Positions 57,655 through 64,000 of a stretch of DNA of 64,000 bases are shown here, piece by piece; within the stretch, counting starts at the first letter, position 1; each line of letters starts with the position of its first letter. A model generated the notes under the pieces. It did no database searches, was not told the origin of the DNA, and saw nothing but the letters and a program-made list of their open reading frames with translations. The DNA is from Acidobacteriota bacterium (GTDB lineage Bacteria; Acidobacteriota; Vicinamibacteria; Marinacidobacterales; Marinacidobacteraceae), in contig VXNL01000044.1 in NCBI GenBank assembly GCA_009840635.1, forward strand, positions 7,268 to 71,267, in the 5' to 3' direction. The position numbers and the translations under genes are program-made.

Positions 57655-58974
57655 TCAGTTGGCCGCGTCGATGGCCTGATAGACGAACGCGCGGAACTTC
57701 GCGTGGTCGTCCAGGCCTCCAGAGGGGATCAACTGCGCCAGGTAGACGACGACCAGCTCCTCCTGAGGGTCCACCCAGTAGCTCGAGTGGTAGGCCCCGC
57801 CCCACCCGTAGAGGCCCTCGGAGCCGGGCACGCCGTGGGCGCCCACGTCCTCCACCACCCGGAAGCCCAGCCCGAACCCGACGCCCCGTTCCGCGCCGAA
57901 CACCGCGCTGGCGTCGTTCAGGTCCCGGACCAGCAGTCCGCCGAGGTGATCCACCGTCATGAGTTCCACGCTCTTCGGCGAGAGGATGCGGGCGCCGCCC
58001 AGCCTGCCGCCGTTCAACAACATCTGGAGGAACCGCCCGTAGTCCGAGGCCGTCGAGAGGAGTCCGGCGCCCCCCGAGAAGCTCGTCCGCGGCCCGTCCA
58101 CGTACGCCCCTTGTCCCACCATGCCGCCGGGGTCGGGAGCGCGGGTGAAGCCACCCTCGCCGGCCGAATACACCACGGTCAGGCGGTCGCGCTTTTCGGG
58201 CGGAAGATAGAAGTGGGTGTCCGCCATCCCGAGCGGCTCGAAGATGCGGGTCCGGAGGAACTCGTCGAGCGGCATTCCGGAGGCGACCTCGACCACCGCG
58301 CCCAGGATGTCGGTGGCGTAGCCGTAGACCCAGTAGTCGCCGGGATGGGCTTCGAAGGGCAGGGACGCCATGCGGCGCACCGTTTCGCGGATCGGCTCCT
58401 CGCGGTGGGCGAAGTACCAGCCCGTCATGTCCGCTTCGATCCACTCCTTGGCGGCGGTCCCACCGCCGTAGGTGATTCCCGCGGTGTGGGTGAGCAGGTG
58501 CCGGATCGTGATCGGCCGGCGTGCGGGCACCACGTCGTAGGTCCCGTCGGGATTGGCGGTCGCGACCGTGGTCTCGAGGTATTCCGGGAGATGGCGGCCG
58601 ACCGGGTCCGAGATCAGCAGCCGGCCCTCCTCCTGCAGCATCATGATGGCCACGCTCACGATCGCCTTCGTCTGCGAAGCGATCCGGAAGATGTCGTCGG
58701 TCTCGAGTGGGTCGTCGGCCTCCTTGTCGCGGTAGCCGAAGGCCTTGAGGTACAGGATCTCCTCGGGGCCGGCGACGAGCGCCACCGCGCCGGGCAGCGC
58801 GCCGGACTCGACGTAGTTCTCGAGCGCGGCGTCGAGCCGGGCGAGCCGGTCCGGGTCGAGTCCGGACGAGTCATCCTGAGGCGGCGCGACGGTGCAGGCG
58901 CCGCCGAGGATGGCGGTGAGGGCGGTCGCGCTCAGCGCGAGCCGGTACGCTGGATCGTCTCCGTTGACTCTCAT
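57655..58974 (-). CDS. serine hydrolase, class C beta-lactamase family, lipoprotein-type signal
   Basis: SxxK motif (ASQTK), YGY, LGGAC lipobox-like signal. 439 aa. Confidence 0.8.
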   Translation of the reverse strand: MRVNGDDPAYRLALSATALTAILGGACTVAPPQDDSSGLDPDRLARLDAALENYVESGALPGAVALVAGPEEILYLKAFGYRDKEADDPLETDDIFRIASQTKAIVSVAIMMLQEEGRLLISDPVGRHLPEYLETTVATANPDGTYDVVPARRPITIRHLLTHTAGITYGGGTAAKEWIEADMTGWYFAHREEPIRETVRRMASLPFEAHPGDYWVYGYATDILGAVVEVASGMPLDEFLRTRIFEPLGMADTHFYLPPEKRDRLTVVYSAGEGGFTRAPDPGGMVGQGAYVDGPRTSFSGGAGLLSTASDYGRFLQMLLNGGRLGGARILSPKSVELMTVDHLGGLLVRDLNDASAVFGAERGVGFGLGFRVVEDVGAHGVPGSEGLYGWGGAYHSSYWVDPQEELVVVYLAQLIPSGGLDDHAKFRAFVYQAIDAAN

Positions 58975-59044
58975 TGCCTACCCCTGAACGCGCGGATCAT
59001 CGCACCGTCGGGGCGGAAGGGCTGCGGTATCGTCCGACGCCGTC

Positions 59045-59785
59045 ATGCTCGACTGGTCGCGGAGGCGGTTCCTGGAGCGCGGACCGGCGGCGGCCGCCAT
59101 CGCCGCGGTCTGGGGATGTGCGCCGGATGAGCGGACGGGAGCCGATCGATCCGGGTCGCCTTCGGACGAAAGAAGTAGCAGCCCGGCGCCGCTCGCCGGC
59201 CTGCGCCGTACGCTCGCGGAGCCCGGCCCGATGGTTCCGCCCTGCCCGGCGATCCTGCTCACCGTGAACGGCCGGCCCGGCGACCCGGACGAGATCTCGG
59301 TGCTCTGGACGTTCGTCGTGAACGGCGACCCGCCCCAGATCGGGGTGAGCGCGGGCTTCGAGCACCAGGCGCGGGAACTCCTCGAACTCCACGACGAGTT
59401 CGTGCTGAACGTCCCGTTGGCCTCGATGATCGACGCGTTCGACACCGTGGATATGAACTCCAGCCGGGTCGCCGACAAGTTCGAACTCTCGGGCCTGACC
59501 CGGGGTGCGGCGTCCGTGGTCGCCGCCCCCACCGTGGAGGAGTCCCCCATCCACTGCGAGTGCCGGACCATCGCCTCGCTCGAGGTGCCTCCCGTCCGGA
59601 AGCTGTTCATCGCGGAGGTCGTGGCGACGACCGCTGTCGAGGGAGCGGTGGACGGCGGGGGCCGCCTGATCGTGCCCGACGTGGACTTCTTCGGGATGAC
59701 CGCCGGGAGCGGCGAGCACTACACGATGGGGCGCCGTGTGGGCAACATCGGGATGACGGTCGGCCGGACCGACATCAAGTACTGA
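59045..59785 (+). CDS. flavin-reductase-like (FMN-binding split barrel) domain protein with TAT/lipoprotein signal
   Basis: RRRFLERGPAAAAIAAVWGC signal. Flavin_Reduct-type core (ILLTVNGRPGDPDEISVLWTFVVNGDPPQIGVSAG...). 246 aa. Confidence 0.7.
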   Translation: MLDWSRRRFLERGPAAAAIAAVWGCAPDERTGADRSGSPSDERSSSPAPLAGLRRTLAEPGPMVPPCPAILLTVNGRPGDPDEISVLWTFVVNGDPPQIGVSAGFEHQARELLELHDEFVLNVPLASMIDAFDTVDMNSSRVADKFELSGLTRGAASVVAAPTVEESPIHCECRTIASLEVPPVRKLFIAEVVATTAVEGAVDGGGRLIVPDVDFFGMTAGSGEHYTMGRRVGNIGMTVGRTDIKY

Positions 59786-59796
59786 CGCCCGCGCCC
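59695..59796. repeat. direct repeat copy A (3' end of the flavin-reductase-like gene, contiguous with the gene)
   Basis: The first 25 nt (gatgaccgccgggagcggcgagcac) are identical to copy B. Overall identity is about 80-85% through the stop codon plus about 10 nt. Confidence 0.7.
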
Positions 59797-59863
59797 GTCC
59801 TCGGGCGCTTTGGTCAGCAAACCCAACGTGCCGGGCAGCAGCGTGGCAAAGGCGGCCAGCGTT

Positions 59864-61114
59864 CTACGGTCCCAACGCCCCGATCGGAATCACCTGCACC
59901 CCGTCCTCGCGGGTGTAGCCGTATCCGCTGCTCACGATCACTCCCAGCGCTCGAGGCTCGCCCATCCGTTCCGGATCCACCCGCCTCGCCAGTCGGAGGA
60001 GGTTGCCGGCCGCGTCATCGACTCTGCCCTCCCCCAGTTTGACTTCGAACGCCGCCCAGGGCCCGGCGCTGGACTGCACGATGGCATCCACTTCCAGGCC
60101 ACCTTTCTCCCGGTAGTGGAAAACATCGGCGTCTGTCGCCTGGGCGTAAACGCGCAGGTCGCGAATGACCAGCGACTCGAAGAGCAGCCCCAGAAAGTCG
60201 GGTTCACCGAGTAATCGGTCTGGGGTCGCGCGAACGGCCGCGACGGCCAGGGACGGATCCGCGAGATGCCGGATCGGCTTGTTTCTCAGCACGGATCTGG
60301 ACCTCAGGTGGGTGGGCCAGGCCGGCTGGTTCTCCACGACCATGATCCGTTCCAGCGCGCTCAGGTATTCGGCGGCGGTGTGTTCCTTGATGGCGGATAC
60401 GCCCTCGCCGGTGTCGGAAGCGAGGGTCGCGATCCCGGCCGGCGTCGCGACGTTTCGGGCCAGGGATCGAAGGAGCATTCCCACCCTCGTCGGGTCTCGC
60501 CGCTTGTCGTCTGCGCTCATGATGTCCAAGCGCCGGATCTCGTCCAGATGATCCCGGTTCGCCCGCAGGGCGCGCTGTGTGCTGCGTTCCAGGTTTCCGG
60601 GCCATCCGCCGACGGCGATGAGTTCCGACAGCTCATCAAGGCCGATCACCGTTCTGCCCGCGGAGGCGCGCCTCCCATCCAGGAGGCCCGCCAGCGAGAC
60701 TTCGCCGGACGACCGTCCCCATTCGAAGAGCGATAGGGGACGCATACGGAGGCGGGTCAACCGCCCGGCGCCGGTGTGTCGGGTCGCGTCGTCGGCAGGT
60801 GCGGCGGACCCAGTCAGGATGAACTGGCCCGGAAGCCGCCGGTCGTCGACTGCCCTCCGCACGTGATTCCAGATCGCCGGCTCCAGTTGCCATTCGTCGA
60901 TAAGCCGCGGCGTGTCGCCCGCCAGGATGCGGGCCGGCTCGAGACTGGCCAGGCGTCGCGCCACCTCGTCAACATCCAGCCGCGCCTCGCTCGCGGCGGT
61001 CTGCCGGGCGGTGGTCGTCTTCCCGCACGCGCGGGGGCCCTCGATCACCACCGCCCCGGTTGCCGCCAGGCGGTCCGCCAAATCTTGGTCGACGACTCTG
61101 GAGCAGTAGGTCAT
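59864..61114 (-). CDS. AAA+ ATPase of the DUF4143 / COG1373 family
   Basis: Walker A GPRACGKTT. 416 aa. C-terminal DUF4143-like region. It is the sole gene between the two repeat copies. Confidence 0.8.
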   Translation of the reverse strand: MTYCSRVVDQDLADRLAATGAVVIEGPRACGKTTTARQTAASEARLDVDEVARRLASLEPARILAGDTPRLIDEWQLEPAIWNHVRRAVDDRRLPGQFILTGSAAPADDATRHTGAGRLTRLRMRPLSLFEWGRSSGEVSLAGLLDGRRASAGRTVIGLDELSELIAVGGWPGNLERSTQRALRANRDHLDEIRRLDIMSADDKRRDPTRVGMLLRSLARNVATPAGIATLASDTGEGVSAIKEHTAAEYLSALERIMVVENQPAWPTHLRSRSVLRNKPIRHLADPSLAVAAVRATPDRLLGEPDFLGLLFESLVIRDLRVYAQATDADVFHYREKGGLEVDAIVQSSAGPWAAFEVKLGEGRVDDAAGNLLRLARRVDPERMGEPRALGVIVSSGYGYTREDGVQVIPIGALGP

Positions 61115-61262
61115 GGGTGCTTCGGCAGGGACCTCGCCGGATCGGCGGGATCGGACGAAACCACACGCGGGGAGACGTTGTGGAAACGAGGCAGCAGCAG
61201 ATTCGGCATCAATCGAACATCAGGAATGGCGCCATTATAGCGACATAAATGGCAGCGCCACC

Positions 61263-61353
61263 GATGACCGCCGGGAGCGGCGAGCACACCACGATGGGCC
61301 GGCGGGTGGAGCACATCGGCGTGACGGTCGCCCGGACCCAAATCCAGTACTGA
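61263..61353 (+). pseudogene. 3'-terminal fragment (30 codons) of a flavin-reductase-like gene: ...MTAGSGEHTTMGRRVEHIGVTVARTQIQY-stop
   Basis: Translates in-frame to a variant of the C-terminus of the 59045 gene (...MTAGSGEHYTMGRRVGNIGMTVGRTDIKY). It has no start codon or upstream coding context. Confidence 0.6.
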
Positions 61354-61364
61354 CCGCCCCGCGC
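61263..61364. repeat. direct repeat copy B (displaced 3' gene-end fragment)
   Basis: Homologous to 59695-59796. The sharp similarity boundary begins at gatgaccgcc. Confidence 0.7.
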
Positions 61365-61430
61365 AGGTCAGTCGCGCCAGGGATTCACCAACAGGAGATC
61401 CGTTTCTTGGAAGTCCCCTTCACCCCAGGG

Positions 61431-62531
61431 CTACGGAGTCCAGGCTTCGGCGCGCTCCTGGAACACCGCGGGGTTGGCCAGCCACTCCGCAAAGCCGATG
61501 CTTCGTTCGTCGGTCAGGTAGTTCACCTTGTCGTCGAGGCAGGCGAGCAGCGCTTCTTCGTCCCGGTCGAGGGCGAATCCGCCGAGGTCGACCAGGGTGT
61601 CGACGGCGGTCACCACGAGAACGCCGGCCCACATCTGTTCGAGCGTGCTGTTCGCAATCTTGTCTCCGGCCAGGGCGTCCACGCGTCCGTCGGCCAGCGC
61701 CTCGGGCTGCTCCGTCTGGACGGTGTCGGTGCCGAAGAACACGACCTGCGGGAGCTCGGGCGACGGGGGTTCCAGATGCATGCGGTCCGCGAGATTCGGC
61801 GAGGATCCGCTCGCGGCGATCCGGTAGGCGTCGCTGCCGTCGGCCACCTCGATGCCGCCGGGAGTGGTGATCCGGGTCCGTGCGAGCACCACGCCGTCTT
61901 CGTCAATGAGCCCGACGATCTGGAGAAAGCGGGCCTCGTTGGTGGTCTCCGCCGAAACGCCGACCCGGTGGTCGCCCGTCAGATCGCTGTATTCCGCGAG
62001 CGTGCCGGCATCGGTCGCGCGGACGAGCAGCGAGTGGCCGAACTCGACGTGCCCGGACGTGAACGAGATCGCCGGCGTCCCGGATGCATCGAGCGTCCGC
62101 TCCTCGAGGATGGTGATGCCGCCGCCCACGACGTCGTACTCGGGGGTGGACGGAAGCAGCCAGATCCCGGGCCAGACGTCGATGCCGCGGCGATCGAAGG
62201 CCAACCCGGCGCCCTCCATGGCTTCGAGGGCGGTCAGCAGGTCGGCCTCGTAACCGAGGTGCCCGTCGATGGCCTCGGCGCCCGGGTCCGGCTCTGCGGT
62301 GTAACTGATCGGCTCGAAGTGAGCGAAGAACCCGTACTCGAGGATGCGCCCTTCCTCCGTGCAACGGGCCTCCATCGGGTCCGGTGCCGGGGGCGGAGCC
62401 GGGCTCGGAGGCGGGACGGTCGGCGATGGAGCGTCCGAGCCGCTGTCGCAGCTAGCGACCGCGGCAGCGAGGCCGAATGCGGCAAGGCGCCGGAAACGCG
62501 GCCCGCGCTGCGCGCGCTCACGAATGAACAT
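61431..62531 (-). CDS. solute-binding lipoprotein (amino-acid ABC-type substrate-binding / MltF-N-like family 3 domain)
   Basis: The ATG at 62531 gives MFIRERAQRGPRFRRLAAFGLAAAVASC with an AVASC lipobox, followed by a Pro/Ser-rich linker. The domain assignment is tentative. The track ORF has 31 extra upstream codons. Confidence 0.5.
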   Translation of the reverse strand: MFIRERAQRGPRFRRLAAFGLAAAVASCDSGSDAPSPTVPPPSPAPPPAPDPMEARCTEEGRILEYGFFAHFEPISYTAEPDPGAEAIDGHLGYEADLLTALEAMEGAGLAFDRRGIDVWPGIWLLPSTPEYDVVGGGITILEERTLDASGTPAISFTSGHVEFGHSLLVRATDAGTLAEYSDLTGDHRVGVSAETTNEARFLQIVGLIDEDGVVLARTRITTPGGIEVADGSDAYRIAASGSSPNLADRMHLEPPSPELPQVVFFGTDTVQTEQPEALADGRVDALAGDKIANSTLEQMWAGVLVVTAVDTLVDLGGFALDRDEEALLACLDDKVNYLTDERSIGFAEWLANPAVFQERAEAWTP

Positions 62532-62633
62532 CGTTTCGACCCTCCCCAGGTGCGGCCCGCGCCGTGAGGACCCAGCCGGGTCCTCCATCACCGCAGCGTC
62601 ATGAACTGAGTCTACCCGCGTCAAGCGGCGCGC

Positions 62634-63941
62634 CTACCCAGGCTCTCCGGCCCGGCGGGTCTGCGGATCGGACGCGAAGAAGCCGACCGACTTCCACGAG
62701 ACCAGCAGCAGTGCGGCGGCGAAGGCGGTCAGCGCCAGGCCCGGCATCCAAACGGCGCCGGCGGCGACCCACAGCGGCAGCGTGGTGAGGATGGCGATCT
62801 CGACCAGGGCGATGGGGAGGTACGCCACGCCGTAGTCGTCGAGCGTGCCGGACTTCCGGTGGGGGTCCACGACCCGCAGCAGCGCGATCCCCATCCCCAC
62901 CACGCCGGTGGCGTAGCCGAACGTGAACAGGCCGCGCTCGAACCAGTAGTTGCGGAAGGTCCGGCGGGCGATCCACCAGGTGATGAGGGCCGCGTGGGCG
63001 AAGCCGAACACGGACATCACGAGGATGGGCGCCGCATACGCCGCCACCGTCGAGAGCGGGATCGAGGCCACCCCGAAGGCCACCAGGAAGTCCGAGACGG
63101 AGGACCCGATGCGCGCCATCGTGGCCCGGTCCACGTTCCGGCCGACGCCCAGCTGGTTGAGCACGCCCTGGAGCAGCGCGCCGGCGATGACCGCGAGCGC
63201 GAACATGGGGAGGGCGGTGAAGAGGCCTCCTGCCGACCCGAGCGCCCAGCTTGCGGCGTGGGCGGCTCCGTAGGCGAGCAGGACGAGCCCGAAGTGCCAG
63301 GACAGGGTGTCGAGGGCCAGCGGGCTGACGGTCTCCTTCACCGCGTCCCGGGCGTCCTCCGGTGCGATCAGGCCCCGCCGCTGGTCTTCGGGAAGCTCGT
63401 GCGGGCTCGAGACGAGGCGGGTCCAGCCCGCGCGGGTCGCGAGGTTGATCGCCGCGACGCCCCCGAACACGGCCGCCAGGAGACCGATGGTCGCGAAGGT
63501 GTATCCGACCGGGAGTGCGTCCGCGTATCCCTGTTCGGCGAGGACGGATCCGATGGCGGTGGCGGTCCCGTGGCCGCCGACGAAGCCGCCGGGAAGCATC
63601 AGGGCGAAGGGTCCGCCCACTTCGGGGAACAGCGGAATCAGGACTGCGCCGGCGAACAGGAGCGCGAGTCCGAACTGACCCACCCAGGCCGAGAGGTTGT
63701 AGAAGAAGGTGTCTCCGACGTCGCGGAGCATCTGCCGGAAGCGCGGGGCGTTCGGGCGCGAGCCCATGAAGAGGGTGCCGAAGAGCACCACGATCAGTTC
63801 GCCCGGGTAGCGGCCCATCACCGGGGCGCCGGCCGTGTCCCGCGCGAAGGGCAGGAGATCCAGGCCCTCGGGTCCCGCCGCGAGCCCGATCAGCCCGGCC
63901 AGGATCGGCGTTGGCAGGAAGATGGCCTGGAAGAGCCGCAC
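62634..63941 (-). CDS. sodium/glutamate symporter (GltS/ESS family)
   Basis: 435 aa polytopic membrane protein matching the GltS topology and motifs (GLIGLAAGPEGL...). Confidence 0.75.
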   Translation of the reverse strand: MRLFQAIFLPTPILAGLIGLAAGPEGLDLLPFARDTAGAPVMGRYPGELIVVLFGTLFMGSRPNAPRFRQMLRDVGDTFFYNLSAWVGQFGLALLFAGAVLIPLFPEVGGPFALMLPGGFVGGHGTATAIGSVLAEQGYADALPVGYTFATIGLLAAVFGGVAAINLATRAGWTRLVSSPHELPEDQRRGLIAPEDARDAVKETVSPLALDTLSWHFGLVLLAYGAAHAASWALGSAGGLFTALPMFALAVIAGALLQGVLNQLGVGRNVDRATMARIGSSVSDFLVAFGVASIPLSTVAAYAAPILVMSVFGFAHAALITWWIARRTFRNYWFERGLFTFGYATGVVGMGIALLRVVDPHRKSGTLDDYGVAYLPIALVEIAILTTLPLWVAAGAVWMPGLALTAFAAALLLVSWKSVGFFASDPQTRRAGEPG

Positions 63942-64000
63942 CCAGGTCCGAAGGAGGTGAGCGACGACCAGCAGGCCGGAGATCAGGGCGAAATCAAGGA

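Noticed and set aside
1-64000. CRISPR arrays, IS elements or integrases
   Set aside because: No regularly spaced direct repeats were found. No transposase, recombinase or integrase-like ORFs were found. The only mobile-like signature is the short repeat-flanked ATPase insert at 59.7-61.4 kb.

Overview
High-GC (about 70%) bacterial chromosomal segment of 64 kb. No rRNA, tRNA, CRISPR array, transposase or integrase genes were found.

Composition and gene content point to a Gemmatimonadota-like organism: a GWxTD-domain protein, a DUF5916 protein, an Oar-like TonB-dependent receptor, and many Sec/TAT-exported oxidoreductases. Coding density is high; about 55 genes are supported. Many neighbouring genes overlap by 4 nt (ATGA or GTGA), suggesting translational coupling.

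Main gene blocks:
- 0.9-7.6 kb: mutM, then four FAD/NAD oxidoreductases (SpdH-like with TAT signal, DAO-family with TAT signal, Gfo/Idh/MocA, GMC) and a membrane protein with an internal duplication.
- 11.0-15.2 kb: ABC-class ATPase (COG3044), creatininase-family protein and amidohydrolase in one operon.
- 15.3-16.6 kb: fatty-acid desaturase and a cold-shock protein.
- 16.8-22.5 kb: circularly permuted ATP-grasp, alpha-E and transglutaminase triad. Upstream is a TAT-signal class-V aminotransferase; downstream is an RsbW-like kinase plus STAS antagonist pair with no sigma factor.
- 26.4-30.2 kb: ccmC and ccmD coupled to an SDR, an NSS transporter and an Ldh_2-family enzyme.
- 33.9-43.6 kb: TonB-dependent uptake locus (Oar-like receptor, NTF2-like protein, two amidohydrolases, a TAT aldo/keto reductase with a ferredoxin-like cysteine tail, MFS transporter, SDR). 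The receptor gene carries an in-frame TAG.
- 43.7-49.0 kb: secreted BNR/sortilin-like protein, serine hydrolase, YdeI/DUF1801 protein.
- 49.1-54.7 kb: ERG4/ERG24-like reductase plus SDR, LysE exporter, DinB-family protein, ctaA and ctaB, HAD type II hydrolase.
- 54.9-59.0 kb: TAT-signal alanine racemase divergent from an APC permease, next to a class-C beta-lactamase-family hydrolase.
- 59.0-61.4 kb: exported flavin-reductase-like gene whose 3' end is duplicated as an imperfect ~100-bp direct repeat flanking a 1.5-kb insert carrying only a DUF4143 AAA+ ATPase.
- 61.4-64.0 kb: substrate-binding lipoprotein and a GltS-type symporter.

Most long antisense ORFs in the six-frame track are Arg/Pro/Gly-rich artefacts of the high GC content.
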